64,000 nt of DNA from Phoronis australis (Eukaryota > Animalia > Phoronida). Positions 37,101-51,659 of the stretch are shown here, piece after piece. Position 1 is the stretch's first letter. Every line of letters starts with the position of its first letter. The position numbers were made by a program, and so were the translations under genes. Below the pieces are notes generated by a model. The model worked only from the letters and a program-made list of their open reading frames with translations, searched no databases and had not been told where the DNA came from. Location: positions 484,503 to 548,502 of the forward strand of contig NMRA01000286.1 of NCBI GenBank assembly GCA_002633005.1, read 5' to 3'.

Positions 37101-37846
37101 ATTTACAAGTTATTATAAACCCACAAAACATAATAGTATGTCAATGTTGCAAGTCTTATTAATACGGAGTCCCCAAAAATGTATTCACACAAACGCCGTG
37201 CGTTCAGATTTAGTTCCCGCGGATCAGGCGCACTAGATAACCCATATATGTTAGCAATGGGTGAACTCGGGATAGACTCGAGATTTCGCTAAAAAATCGA
37301 AGTTTTAAGTTAAGACATTTATAGCTTTAATACCGGAGTCTCCAACTGCAAACTAGCATTCCAGGCATCCATCTAAACCATAATGTACTCGAGCACAGAA
37401 AATTATATTCTTATCTTGAGTTCACACAAAAACGTGATAGAAATTGTGAAAATATATTTATACGTACAAATATCGGAATCCGGGCCCGGAACCACTTACT
37501 AAAAACATAAAAATGTCCATTCTCTTGTTCGATTGGAATAGTCTACGACATTCTGGTACAGGACAAAGTGGAAACAGAGAAGTGAAAAGTACAAAGGTTT
37601 CATTTTCATGGTCAAAGTGACTATCATCAAGTAGCCGGAGCCATCAATCACAAAACGACAGGGACGTCTTACATATCACAGAACAATGTTAAAAGTAACC
37701 GCTCTTCTTTACAAAAAAAAAAACGTATAATATCACAGGCACCGGCTTTTGTCCGAGAGACAGCGGACCTTTCTTGATCTCAAGGCAGCCTAAACACTTG
37801 GTGAAGTACCTATATTTTGCACAGCTCAATGCAGGGCATATTCAAG

Positions 37847-38002
37847 CAATGCTGTAGTGGTAAAATTAGAGGTAAGTAGGCGCCCAAAGCCCACCGTATC
37901 ACATTGAGCACTGAACGTAACTTACGGTGCGTAGGCGCTACCTTTAAATGCCAAAAGGTGGTTGGCTTCGCCTACGTGCGCCTACGCCCCACTACAACAC
38001 TG
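37847..38002. mobile_element. hAT-type MITE, 8-bp TSD
   Basis: TIR caatgctgtagtgg / ccactacaacactg; flanks tattcaag / tatttaag. Confidence 0.65.
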
Positions 38003-38959
38003 TATTTAAGCTTTTAGGAATTGAACTAATCTGAAGGCAATTACAGTGGCATAATTGTCAAAGAATAAGCTAGCACAAATTTTCTCTATAAATGCATTCT
38101 TACTATGGTTACTTAAATTAACTAAAGCATTTCCCCATATTTCTGACATCCAGTATTATTAATGTCAACATAATAGTTTATTTTATACTATAGATTAGGG
38201 CCCAGGGTGTAACATTTTGACTCGAATTCGATATCGAAAATACTTTAGGCATTTTCTGCAGCTCTACTTTAATACAAACTCAACATGGTTGTCCATTATT
38301 CTGTGTTCGAGTATATTATAGTCTACGCAGATGAGCGTCTAGTCCAAGTTCGTACCTAATGACCCCAACATTCGAGCAACAACCTCAAGACTTCAAGTTC
38401 ACGCTTGAAATTGTATCTTTGATGCTGAAGTCATCAAGTGCAAATTTGGATTACACGTGCGTAACACGTGATATACTTGAGCACTGAATTATACATAATG
38501 ATATTGAGTTTGTATTCAAATAGGGTGGAGAATATCAAAAATGTTTCGAATTCAAATTCAAATCTGCACATTAGACCCCGGAACCTGCAATAATCGCACA
38601 TACACGTACACTTGAAATCACTGTTCAGCAGCAGTAGAGTGCAATCAACATATTGCAAAAATGTTCGTTGGGAATGTGAAATACAATGCTCCATTATCCC
38701 AACGAGTATCACCTGATGTACATATCAAATTCCTTCACTACCCCTCAGGAAGTGATAAACAACCCAGAGCCTCACTATGCACTACTTCATCCAACACATT
38801 ATATTATACATCTATCAATGCACGAGACTATTATAATTAAAGCTGCCTTCAGAAAATAATTATATATCTGTCCATAAAACACAATAGACACAGACTACCT
38901 TCATAATTGTTATTGCAACTCAAGACAGCAGTTAAACGAATGTTATTCAAAGACACATT

Positions 38960-39106
38960 CATGGGCGGCACAGCATTGAAAAAAGTGGGGGGCTAAAGCC
39001 CCCTCAGGCCCTCTGTGTTGCACCGCTTATAGACCAAGTGCGGCGTAGCACTGAAAAACGCGGGGAGGGGGCTATAGCCCCAGCCCCCTATGGTGCGCCG
39101 CCCATG
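38960..39106. mobile_element. MITE with 5-bp TSD (hAT5-like)
   Basis: TIR catgggcggc / gccgcccatg; acatt at 38955-38959 and 39107-39111. Confidence 0.75.
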
Positions 39107-39600
39107 ACATTTGCACCAAAATGCATTTAACTCTCATTTCAACATGACTGCACTTGATTGACTTCTCTCGAACCGCTGAGTCAACCGACTAAGGCATCTG
39201 ACTGGTCAGTAAGAGGAAGTTGTCATCGAGAACCCGCGAGATGTTTTAGTAGGTTGACCCAGCGGAATCGGATTAGTTAGTCAAATGCAACCAATGATGA
39301 AATTCGTACTGCACGCCTACTATGTGCGTTTGCTCATCAAAACACTTGTCCGTCTTCCATGCCAGATTCCGCACAGTCAAGGATCCAAGGGGCGGAAGAC
39401 CCGTGTTCGGTAAATTTTGCATTGCTATGACGGTGTTAGGGCCTATACAAATGTTCGTTTATTACTGGAGCGCTTGTTCAGGACCCGCCTGGTGTAGTAG
39501 ATCCTCAATTCAACATTTTACGACCTCTTTTTTATAAAAAAAAATCCTTACGACACACGGAAACAAACAATTGAGTCGCAGGCGAATTTCGGGAGCCGTT

Positions 39601-39835
39601 TTAATATGGTTCCACGAAATATCTGTCAGGGACAGAGTCGAAGATTTTTCTCGGTCTCGTCTCTCGTCCCTTTCTGTCGTCTGCTAAGCCCATTGATTGG
39701 GGTGCAGCGACGACAGTGTGGTACGTTGCAAAACTCATGTTCTCCCCGTAATACGTGATAGCTCTCTTCAGTTGCTCATAGCTGACAAACATACAAATGT
39801 TCCACGATCCCAGGCGGACGAAAGAGGGCATAAAC
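39601..39835 (-). CDS. UCP2: mitochondrial uncoupling protein UCP2/3-like (SLC25), last coding exon
   Basis: [25 protein letters not shown] followed by an extended tail to TAA; AG acceptor, phase matches. Confidence 0.92.
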
Positions 39836-40226
39836 CTACAATACAGAGTGAACTATGAAAAATATCTCCAGCAAAACACTTAAATGTACAATCAAAGGAC
39901 AAAAAATAAAAGACATCACATACGATGATTTTCATAAGACACCTTTGGACTACTTCAGTCTTTGGACCAATGGGTTAATTAACGTACAAGAAGAAGTAAC
40001 CGATAATTGTTCTTGTTATAACCGAGTACTGACCAGAGCAGCAGGTACTCTGGAGAAATATCAAAACTTGTAATACAATGAAAATATTGTAATGAAGAGG
40101 TCACCATAGGTTTTGGTTTACTGTTTTAACTTAACAGAGACTGGGCGGCATTGACTGAGGCTGTTAAGTCGTATTTTGTCAAAATCAAAACTAAAACCTT
40201 TTGAAAGAGCCAAGCAATTCATTTAC

Positions 40227-40509
40227 CCTTTGTAGAATGCCATGAACCCCTTTTCTTTGAACATCATTTTCGCACAGTGCAAGGCACCCGTGTATGTTCC
40301 AGGCTCAGAGTTCATGTAACGCGTTTTGAGGACGTCCACCGGAGATGACGTCACTGTTGTGCAGAATCCAGATGCAAATGCGGCCACAAAATGGCAGGGC
40401 ATGTTGTCAGACATCAACTTGTAGTGTAATATCTGTTCCTTTATAAGGTCGTAAGCCACGAGCTCAGTCGCGTTAACAATGCTATTTCGACAAATGTTGG
40501 GAAGGGTTC
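40227..40509 (-). CDS. UCP2: UCP2/3-like, coding exon 4
   Basis: [24 protein letters not shown]...[31 protein letters not shown]...AFYKG. Confidence 0.95.
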
Positions 40510-40825
40510 CTGCAAAATACAAAATACACTACCTGTGTGTTGGAATGATGCACAGTCCAGAAACACACATCCTATTTTTTTAAACACTCAGATAAGCTGA
40601 GCACATTAATTGAAAACTTCTAGGGTTAAATGATCAGCAGCAGTTCTCCAGCAATCACGCAGGATTTACCTGTGGGCAATTTGAGACAAAGGATGGTCTT
40701 TTTGGAAGTGACATCATTAAAATAGTAGGGATATGTTTAATTTCAGACAAGAACAAAAGAGTAGCTGCTACGCAACACCACAAAATGTTAAAGTAACAAC
40801 TTGACCTTTTGTCAAATGACAATAC

Positions 40826-41020
40826 CTTTCCAAAGACCCCTGACCCCTTCCGTTCTCGCTATAGTGCGATAAGCACTCACGCAACCCGTGTAGCGCACGA
40901 CTCCGGTGGCGCCTTGAGCTTGCATCCTAACTTTTACGACATCTGTTGGCTGAGCACAGGTTACGGCCAGACCACCCGTGGTAATACCGGCCAGTATACG
41001 AAGAGGGATATCTTTGCCAC
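40826..41020 (-). CDS. UCP2: UCP2/3-like, coding exon 3
   Basis: [29 protein letters not shown]...[13 protein letters not shown]. Confidence 0.95.
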
Positions 41021-41767
41021 CTGTGAAATAGGTAATCACGACAATGATTTATAGATACCAAATTTTTAAAGTGCTTCCATTTCAAAGTTGGAGACACCAA
41101 AAAGATCAACCAAAAATATTTATTGAAGAAACGCACCATGTCCGCGGTTAAGATCGTCGTTAAAGTTGACTTTAACTTACAATTTAGTTGCACTCTTTCG
41201 AAGGTCATGTGGAAACCATCAAACTTAAAATAAAATTTGTCATTACTTTTATCAAAACCAAAAAGCGACTAGGTCACATAAACACGTTTTCAACGACAAA
41301 CGCCATTCTAATAGATACTCTTTTCGTTTCATTTTACTAAAACTTCATCAAAGGATATTAACCCCAGTTAGTTCAGTCGAAACTTTAGCCCAGGTAATGC
41401 TTATTCAACACATTTTTTGTTTTGTATTTGGTGATACACCACCACCCGAAATGGCCGCCTTAGTGAGCGACAGCTTAGTACCCATATGATATATCATAGG
41501 TACTCACTCAACTACAGCCTTATGTACTGAGGTTTCCCCGGAAACCCCCCACCCCCACTTTTTAAAAACACTTTTAAAATATAGTAGTATAATAAGGCTA
41601 CCACCGACAAACAGAACTAAAGGTTACGAAGTGTTAAACATTTTAGCGCCATCTTTCGACTGGTGAAACTCAACCTGTGTTTTGAGTTGGTGATGTACAG
41701 GCAAGTGTACTTTTAAACAAAGCTCTCGACCAATAAGATCCCCATAAGACAAAGGAAATCCCCTTAC

Positions 41768-41981
41768 CTGTGGATCCAAATAAACTTTGGTATGCTTTCT
41801 TCACTTCATCATAAAGCCCGACACGAACCGATGCGAAACACATCTGTCGCTGGAGTCCAGCAGCAAGCCCACCGTACAAGGCGCGAGGGCCTTCCTGTTT
41901 GCTGATTGTCACAAGAGTGCCAAAAATCCCCCTATATCTGAAAGTTTTGGCACTCGCCGCAGTGGTTCCTTCACCCTGAAT
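41768..41981 (-). CDS. UCP2: UCP2/3-like, coding exon 2
   Basis: IQGE...[46 protein letters not shown]. Confidence 0.95.
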
Positions 41982-43667
41982 CTGTTAATAGTAATAGAAA
42001 AAATGAGATAAAAAGAAACACTGTCAAAAGCCGTAAATCGCATTAAAAGACAGCAGCAGTCGCTGTTCAGAGAAACCAGTAACTGAAAACCGTAATTCAA
42101 TATAGATGTATGTTACGAGCATCGAATTTTTACTTTACGCCAACATTATTATATAACTATTGTTAAGTTTCAGACATTTTTTTAACAACACCCACCACAC
42201 AGTGTGGGAAATATGCGCATTAGACATTTTGGTGACTATTGCTTACACGTATCGGGAAGCAAGAAATGTAATGCACCAGACGAATTTCATTCAACTTATC
42301 TTTGCTTCCACTACAAGGGACCGCGTCAACAACGGCAAGAGAGTAATGTTGTTGTTTTTTTATCTCAGGCGATTGTTACAGAAGTATAGTTCGTTCCTGA
42401 GGACAGTAACAGGTTATGAGCACACTGAAAGCAATGATGTCTCGACGTCTATATAACATGTCATGTGTAAGGGATCGATCTTTATTAGTTTTATCATACG
42501 ATTACTGACGTTTCGTAATTTCTTCGTCTGATTGGCATGTTTTTTTGGGGTTTTGGTGTAATATTGGCTACTTGCCAACTTGATTACTACGCGAGGGGTT
42601 TATGATTGCAGCACCCTTTCACTGGTAACGAATACCGGCATTTGTCATCCGAGGTGATATTAGGTCATAGGGACCGAAGGAAAGCAATGTTGCCATGGAC
42701 GAATTCCTAAAGGATCAGCCTATATTTGTCTTATTACACGAGCATTGACTCGTCGTTCCCCCGATTTTCCGTCTCTTATTCGATTATTATGTTTTTATAG
42801 TACTGTTCCAAAATAAATTAGACAGACTTCGACAAAACTGAGCCCGACTCCGCTAAACACGGATAAAGAACTCGCCAGAATTATTTGGCAGTTTAGTCGA
42901 ACCTTTATCACACCAACATTGGAATTCGTGGACATTTTGTCGGAGTTAACGTGACGTCATTGTGCCTTTCAGTTGCAGTTAACAACTATTTAAATAGTAA
43001 CGATTTGGACAAAGTAACACCTGTCAAGATTTTGTCGAGATTTAGCCAGAATTGAAACGGATTCTAGTAAACAAATAATGGATATTTAGTGGCAGATTTA
43101 GAGGCAGAAATTTTGCCAAATTTCCACATTCTTCAGTTTACTTTGAAAACTACAGTACTGTCATCTCTGCTCGCTTTGTAGTCGGGGTTAAAGATTCTTA
43201 GAACATCCGATTGGTCAAATTGCGAATACTGACATCTGACGTCCGGGCGCCGAGAATTAAAAAGGAATCCCACGCCCCCCCCCCCTCCCCCCCGTCAATA
43301 TTATTTCAAAATGGAAGTTATCGTATGGCATTTTAGCCAATCAGAAGGCTAGAGTATCAGCGTAAGAGAATGCGAATAAGAAATAATCCAAAGGACAATG
43401 TAAGATTATACATAGATCGAGAGAGAACAGTGTTGCACGAGGCAGGAAACAAAAGCAGTGTTTCAAATTCACGCATACCAAAGGACAGGTTATGTTACGT
43501 TAGGTTTAGGAACATAAGCTGTATTTGACTAAGGGTCCCTTTTATAGCAGGCTGCATTCTTAGAGTTAGGGGGACCCTGCCATGCGCCAGAGCAACCGCT
43601 TGGTCATCTTAGTGGGCGTATCGGCTCTACGTTGGGTCACGCCTGAAAGAACATCGTAGGAATGTAC

Positions 43668-43799
43668 CTGAAGGCGAACCTTGGCTGTGTCAAGCGGAAA
43701 AGTTACCATGTCGGCGACACAGGCTGCTGCGCCAGCACTCACGAACTTGACGGCGACCGTCGGTTCTTTGGTCAACGGAGCAAAGCCAAACTGAACCAT
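43668..43799 (-). CDS. UCP2: UCP2/3-like, first coding exon
   Basis: [44 protein letters not shown] (carrier signature PxDxxKxR); acceptor 21 nt upstream of the ATG; spliced CDS 1059 nt (352 aa). Confidence 0.95.
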
Positions 43800-44467
43800 A
43801 GTGGACGCCTAGGCTGTACTCTGGACACAATGTAAATAAACGTCATGTTTAATTCCAACCAGTGATGAAAATGAACAAATAATTGACTAAAAAATAAATC
43901 CATCCATCAGCTCTTGACACAGGTGAATGCGAGAAACCATTTTGCTGGGTTAGAGGTTCCATAAGACCAAAAAGCAAAGCTGATACCGAGATCAATTTGA
44001 ATATTGATTCGGAGCTTCGATACGTTAAGGTGTACATTCATTCAATTCGACATCTTGATTGAAATAGTTGGGCACGGCCTCTTCTTTCATTATGTTGTAC
44101 AGGTTCTAAAAACGAGTTCTCCAGAGGCAAGAATCTTACATGCAATACATCAATGCGATGTCACACAAAGTCTTGCGTTTTCTCGAGTTTCTTGCGTCTC
44201 CCGAACGCACGCCAGAATCAAATATGCTTTTTTCTTTAGCCTAAAGATGTCGCCATGCATATGAACGCATGTTGGAAGCAGCAGTTGAAGCATTCAACAA
44301 CACTGAATATCAGTGCATCTAATTTCTGCGGAAATTTACAACAACATTAAGTTAAAAAACAAAATTTGTCCATTTAAAATGATACTAAACCCCGTTTCGA
44401 CTTCAAACGATTGACGTTATTTCACCTGCTAATGCATCATTGGCGTCAATCTTGAAAGATAAAAACG

Positions 44468-45322
44468 GAATCAACCATAAACTCATAGTCTCCATCAAAG
44501 ATTAGACATTATGATTATTGGTGGGGTTTTTCCCCACAGTTGCCTTGTAATTCGCAAAAAGCGTAGGTAACGCTTATCGGTTTAGCAGACTGCGAAAGGA
44601 GTTTTCAAATTTCCATTCAAACTTTTGAGGGTGGTCGAGGGTTACAGAGCATTATTTTGTTTCAGAGAATTGGAGGGGAAAGTCGTTTTTAATATCTGTT
44701 AATAGGTCAAAACCGGATTTGGTATCCTTTGAAATAATACTAAATCTGCGCAAGTGAAAAAATATTAACTCAGTGTAACATTACCTGCAATCAGCTATTG
44801 TGAATTCTAACGCAGAATCGAACGTACATTGGACGTTCTTGCTGGGGATGGTGAATAGACTGAGGTCCACGGTTAAAGATATGTGAAATGTTCTCTGTTC
44901 AATCTCCCAAAACAGGAGTTACAAAAACTGTACATTCCAGGTGCGTCACGCCCGACTGAATTTCTGAGGGTTTCCTTGCTTGATTGTTCTGCCTTAAGCA
45001 ACACCATTCCCATTTCCTAAAAAGGAAAAATTCGAAAACATAAAAACTCGTCACATGATAATTCCATAAAATTCTAACGACCTCAACTCAAATAATGGTG
45101 AAATACAATGATCTTGTTTATATGACCGTTCTACGTATGTTGGACTTGGCTGCAATCCTGGAATACAACTATCCGTTCATTGGAAAATGGCTCAGAAGTT
45201 GTGCTAATGTAACGAAACGCAACTTTTATTTATTACACTAAAGTAACTATCCAGAGACTCGAAAAGTAGAGCGATCATGTGACTTGCACGCTAAGCTTGA
45301 CACGGTACCCGGATAGTCGTCA
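44468..45322. repeat. ~850-bp sequence duplicated in inverted orientation at 61768-62626
   Basis: Continuous reverse-complement match, e.g. cacggtacccggatagtcgtca / tgacgactatccgggtaccgtg. Confidence 0.9.
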
Positions 45323-47295
45323 CATGCCTGATGACGCTGGCAGCAGTAGACGAGTAAACAAATGCTATGGGAAGGGCCCTTTTGTTCACTCAACCCGCTG
45401 CGACTAATTTTCTGAATTGAACTGCAATCATTGGTAAACATACAAACGGACACACGGTGGCTCAAAAATGCATGCTAGCCTATTTTCAATAGCACTGTGC
45501 AACGCCACTACAGTCCTTTGTCATGTTTCACCAGTTTCCATTTCGCTAGCCAGTCAAGACAACAATTTCAACGAAACGCGAATACTGAAGTGACCCAGTT
45601 GACGTTACGTAACCGTGCGGCAAGCCATAAGAATAGACAGCATATAATCGCCCACGTTCAACAGTCCACCGAGTGATCTGTGTTCAATTTTCGTGTCCTA
45701 TATTTGCACAGAAATCGAAGTTAATTCTATCAATAACATCTGTCTCGTGTTCCTCAATATGACTAAAAGTACATTCATATCGACATACAAGTAACCCCAC
45801 ATTTCTTTCAATTCCAATTTCGAGGGACTGTGCGCTGGAATCGGATCATAAGATCAACTTTTGCAGCCTGGATTCACAAACCTAGTTTCAATACATTGTA
45901 CCTATAACACCATCTGGCGCCAAATACACTTTGACACAACCTTTGGTAAGAGTTTTTAGGCTCATTTACCCTGTAAATACATTAACGCAGTAAATAGGGT
46001 ATGTCAAGCGTAGATAATTGAAATGAATAAACACTGACAAGGCATAGCTGAGTAACACTGTTATATGCCATAACCAATGCTGCAAAAGTGCAGTTTGAGT
46101 GAGAGGTTGTACTGTATATAGCTTGTGGATCTGGGTATATAATATATAGAGAACGATTGACTTCAAGAACCGGTAAACAATAAGATCATCACAGTTCAGT
46201 GAACATTGGGTTGACTTCGCAATCACCGAACTTTATTTTACAACGTTGTTGTGCGCCAATTCAATATAAACCACGAAAGACTGAGGCAGGTGGTCACAAA
46301 ATAAATGTTGTTTTGTCACAACAGGGAAATACTGGGTTATATTTACACGAGTCATGTGAGTATCAGTCACGTGAGAACTGTACCATGCATTACGTAGCCG
46401 AGGATGTCCCATTTAACGGATTTATTTTTCTAAAAACGATCGCTATATGCATGCATTAATCAGAGCCTAGGACTAGTTCATATTACTCCCAGATCAGAGC
46501 AAAACTGGCACGCTAACCATGTCAATAGTCAGAACGCCCAAGCCTGTATTGATGACGTTCTAGTTTTGTGTTATTGGCTGCATGGAACAAAGAAAGGAAT
46601 GCCCGTACAGTGTTGACAGTAGTTCGTTCATCGCCGTGATGACCAACTGTAACAGTAAGTTCAGTGTGTAATATCTTGGAATCTAGCCGACCACTATGAA
46701 ATATCTTATTACTCCCAGCCAAGAACCAATATCTTTAGAACTGGTTCATAGGTACAAATAAAACAACGGCTGTTGATGACCTCAGCTCGATATTGATTTT
46801 GACGTCTCTCAGTGATGAAAGCTGCGGATCAGACACAATTTCATTTTGACAACGATGGTAAAAACTGCACATCAAGCGGTCAGAATAAAAGTACACGAGA
46901 GTCGAGTACAAACAGGTTTGATCCAAGGTATGATGGCCAAACACATTCAGTTTTCCGATGACGTACGCTTTTGTACAGTGCTCCATTTTTGGTCGAAATA
47001 CCTGCCCTCCATGAAACAAATCAGCCAGTCATAGAAAGCGTTTCTACTTACCGATCGCGTTCCTAATGCTCACTAAATACGCAACCGTCTATTGCCTTCG
47101 CCTTTGCGCAGATCGCCTTGCAGAAAGCAGTGCCAGAGATCGTTAAAAGCCCTTGTGTGCTGTTAACAGGGTTTACGAAAAGACAATGCCCCACAAGACA
47201 CGTTCGCTGTTCGTAATTACGTGCTAAGATTCACTGTCCTGTAATTTAAGTTAACAGATAACAATTTTTCAACAATACGTAAACCATGGCCTTAC

Positions 47296-47480
47296 CTGTT
47301 GAATTTTAACAGTGAATATGATTATTCTCGAAATCTGTACTGCTTGTGTCAGATGTTTGTCGCTCGTGTTAATGGTCTATTTTAATCAACCAATCAACGT
47401 TCATCTATACGGAGGCGTTGTCCCATAAGCAACACGTGATTGGTTGGCTCTCGTGATCAAACAAAAGCTTATGACGTTAC
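47296..47480 (-). promoter_or_regulatory. candidate non-coding first exon and promoter of the UCP gene
   Basis: CAG|GTAAG donor at 47295; CCAAT boxes in both orientations, CACGTG and TGACGT within ~200 bp upstream. Confidence 0.45.
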
Positions 47481-49059
47481 ACATAAACAAGTAATAACTG
47501 TGCCAAGGGCAACGAACGAACTATGCGAATGATGCAAGGTGTCAGGGCCATGGACTTAGATGCTATTACGTAATCCCATGAATCAGATTGAATTAGTATA
47601 CATAATACATAACAAAGTCTGTGAAGCATGCACTTTCTCCATAAACGACATGAGAGAGGTAGTTAGAAGAGTGGTGACGCTGAGACAAGAAACTAATGTA
47701 TTAGTTCCATCTTAGACTGTAAAACAGTGTACACGAGTACGAGGTTCCTATAGATCAGTGAGCTAAATCACTTATCTCACTGAGTGGGCGAATGGCACGG
47801 GGGTGGAATAAATGTAATCTGCTAATCATGTGAAGCTAGCATCTACCGGGCTCCCCATGCGTAGAAAATTTCAGCAGTAGTCAGGCAGCAGAAGCAGATA
47901 CCGCGGGCTGTTCGCACTAGCGACAGGCAGAGCAGTGGGACGGGCGAGTTGCCCAGCGGCAGGCCAGTGGCGTTGTCAATTCAAAGTAGGCTAAGGCCGG
48001 TACGGGGCGGAGGGTGTCGGGGAGTTATGAGAAAGGAGTTTCGTGTATCCAAATCAGTGTGTTGGTATAAATATTTTCAACTGACAGTGTTACGCCAGTT
48101 TGAAGAACAAGTGACGACGTAACTGGATTAAGTTGGGTCAGCACCGGGACTGGGGACCGGTTATCTCATTGTGAAAGTATGCCAACCAGGCACGAAACTC
48201 AGTGTAAATAAGGATTTCCAGGTAAACATGGAAGATAACGTGGTTTGCACAAGTAAATTATGTAATTCCTCTGCGGAGCACTAATTTCAAACAGCTGTTC
48301 TTACTTAGTATAACGCAAGTAACTGATCGCCTCGGACTGGATTCGCCCATAAGCTCAAAGTCTAGAGGATAAAGGTGCCATCTTCATACGCCGTCAAATA
48401 TACAGTTTGACTAATGTAGGCTGCGACCACATTATGATTCTATGTCTGACCGTTCAGTGGAGCTTCTTGTACCGCTGTTAACAAGAATTCAGAACAGAGC
48501 TCTTTTTTTGGAACCCACCACTTTAAAGTAGAATCATTGAGCTAAAGAAATTAAAAGATCTCGCGTGTTGCATTGACTGGAGTTCATTGATCAACCCAAC
48601 TAGCATCTGAAAACTCATACATTCTATGGTTTACTGGAATCAGGCGCCGGGTATAAATCAAAACAAGTGCCACATCACTTCTACTCAGTTTACGTTGCAT
48701 TGTGTGCTCAGACCTGTTACACTATTAAAAGGGCTTATGACCTTTTTCGGGAGCAGGTCTGATTTACACTGAGCTGTGGCAATCAATGTTCAGAAAATCG
48801 CTCCCAACTTGTATAGTGGAACGGTGCAATTTCTTTAAAAAGCTAAGAATGCACGGGGCTTCAGTGACAGGGAAGCCACAGGTTCACCTTTGGGTAGAAT
48901 AAAAGAAGGACACACAAAAGTATTTTGACTGCCGTACCAGGCCAACTTGGACTGTGTGCGCGTTTCCGTGCTTTTAAATTCCGTGCACGGCGGCGGTAAG
49001 TTCACTGTCCACTACTCCAAAGGTTCACTACTCCGAAGGTTCGCTACCTTTCGAAAGTT

Positions 49060-51659
49060 CAGGGTCGTAGGAAGCGAGGGGGCCGGGGGACCCGTGCCTC
49101 CCAAAATTTGCAAGCGTCAGAGCTAAACCATGGCAACCCGACATAGGCTTGGGGCCGGGGATAATCGCCAGAAAAGAAAGATTACGAATACAAATAAAAG
49201 AGAAAATTCAAGAGAACATTATTTTGACAAGTCAGTATCAGTGCATGGTTCACCGGCCTGTGAGTGGCCTGGCCAGGACATTAATTGTTAGGATCTCCGT
49301 TTTTGTTGCATACATGTAGGTCGTCTAAACGAACTTGAAAACGTGCAATTTATCATTCATACATGTATTTCGAAAAATCGATAAAATTCGTAAAGCGAAG
49401 CTTTTGCGGAGCGTATTAATTCACTTGATTTTTAAATTCAATAGCACATTCTTGCAAATGCATAAATGCAAAATTATATTTCCAGAGGCCTTACTCTAGC
49501 AAAGGATAACAAATACAACTGTCGCTCTATTTTTCGTTTTTTCTTTCTCTAAATTGTGTAATCACTTGAGAAAATTGATGGCCTGGCAGTTAACATCAAT
49601 TGCTGCGCATTTCCTGACTTGAAAATATAAATCTTTTCATATTTAGAGGCCCAGCTGTTGAAGAGGACCATTGATGACATTCAAGTGGTCACCCTTTTCG
49701 TGTTTTAATTGGCAAATTCTCAAGGGGGCGACAGGGCCCAATGTTGGAATAGATTATCTCCATTTTCCTGTTTTTTGTGAAATCGTACACCCGGCTTTCA
49801 TGCTGAGGAAAGTCACTTCTTGCAAGGTCACCCGACAATTGAATGAAATGTCATTCTTTCCAAGCTTAACGATGTGAAGCCTTTCATCTTAGGTGTCCCA
49901 TTTGAGACGTGACTCCCTCTCGATGGGGCGGTTCGAGTGTCCCTCTATACATGTAAATCCTGCCAAGTATTCACGAGGGGAAGTTGAGATTCCTAATTCA
50001 TCAAAAACACAATACGACCGTGCACAGCACAGCAGTAACAAGGCATTCTATCCAAACAACCGAAAATGTTAAAAATACAATGGGATTGTAGTTGAAATTT
50101 TGAAGAACGTGAAGATCACTACTTCCCATGGTTAGTTATAAATAATGTTATATTTTCCCAATAGTATCACAAGAATAGTATTTCTTTTGAAAGTCGTTAC
50201 TAGGATCTGTTTGTAATGAATTCACACATGTCAAAAAGATTGTGATGTCCGTGTACATGTCGAACGGGGGTACTCAAAATTTTCGAATTAATAGACAAAC
50301 ATTTCAGCGCTTTTGTGGAGTTCAAGTTAAACTCGTGAGTCGTTATAGGTACCTCGGAAATGAGCAAAAATACACCTTAATATGAATGCCCCGTCTCCCA
50401 TGTTCCCTGGTTACCCGTCAAAAATCCGCTATCATGCCTGCGGAAATTGCTTATAATATTCTGTTTTGATAAACAAATTCGTTAGTTTCTGATTTACATC
50501 TTTATGTATCTACGAAAACCGACAGATTAATAGATGATTTTTGGCAATTAGAAGCTAACATTTTAAGAAATGATGATGTTTCAATGAATTTAGTTGAAGC
50601 CTGAATATGGAAAAAACTCTATTATCAGATTCCCAAATAGTAAAGTGCACTTGGACGCTCCTTGCCTATCTAAAATAACTCTCAAAGACATTGATGAAAT
50701 TTGGACAATTCCCGAAAATTTAATCACAATTCAAATGACAATAAATGCATTGCTTTTTGACTTCGGTACAAGAATTGTTGCTTAAATTCACTAACAGGGG
50801 ATCAAAAAGGAATTAAATCATTAAATCAAGGTGAAGGCATTGCTCATGCATTCGATTGTTGGTTTCTGAATTAGGCTACATGTTTATATACAGTATCTAG
50901 AAAATGGGCTGACTGAAATAAGTCTCAAAGATATTGATGAATGTCGGATAGCTCTGCAAAATGTCCTTAACTTTTTTCACGATTCAAATGACAATAAATT
51001 GTTTATTGAATTAGGAAATAGATTAGTGGGTTTAATTTCACAAAACGTTGATCGAGAAAGAATTTTAAGTACAAAATAAATAAAATTAAACTTATCGCTC
51101 ATCAACTGGGAAAGTTTCTTTTTGCACTGTCTTGATGTTGTTATTTTCCAGTAATATTGCGCAATAAATTTTCTTCAAAACTGAATCGCTTGCTTTCCAT
51201 ATCTGTGCATATTACACACACGGAGCACGTCTTGATGACTGACGCACCCACGATAAAAATGAGGTGTAACGATGGAATGGGCCTGCGCAGAATCTCAGTG
51301 ATCCACGGGAGATGAATTTGAACTCCAGGCGTTGAAGTACGTACATTTTTGGGACGCATTCTGTATCATTTCCCCAGCCACAAGAAACTGGACTACCGGC
51401 TGTGTTTCATGAAGGGACTTTGAAACGGCCACAAAGACACTCATACCAGGGACCTGAGGGACCTCACCTTTCCAAAACATTCCTTCAGAGAATAGCCATG
51501 ACAAAATGAAGTTTTCCAGAAACTTGACGTTAGAGTCAGCGCAGAGGAATAGGTGCGAGCTAAGCTGCCTGTCTCAAGTGAATCATAGGTGAGCTAACCA
51601 GGGACTAGCTCTAGTTCATCGAANTGCCCCCCAATAATTTTTGCCTTCCTACCGACCTG
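49060..51659. mobile_element. hAT-like non-autonomous element nested in the left repeat array of the outer element
   Basis: Ends cagggtcgtaggaag / cttcctaccgacctg with G-rich and C-rich subtermini; no clear TSD. Confidence 0.45.

Noticed and set aside
49010-49059. CRISPR-like short repeats
   Set aside because: Contiguous tandem units without spacers, in eukaryotic DNA; better explained as transposon subterminal repeats
51141-51504. Transposase fragments in the nested element
   Set aside because: No recognisable motif in the frames I read
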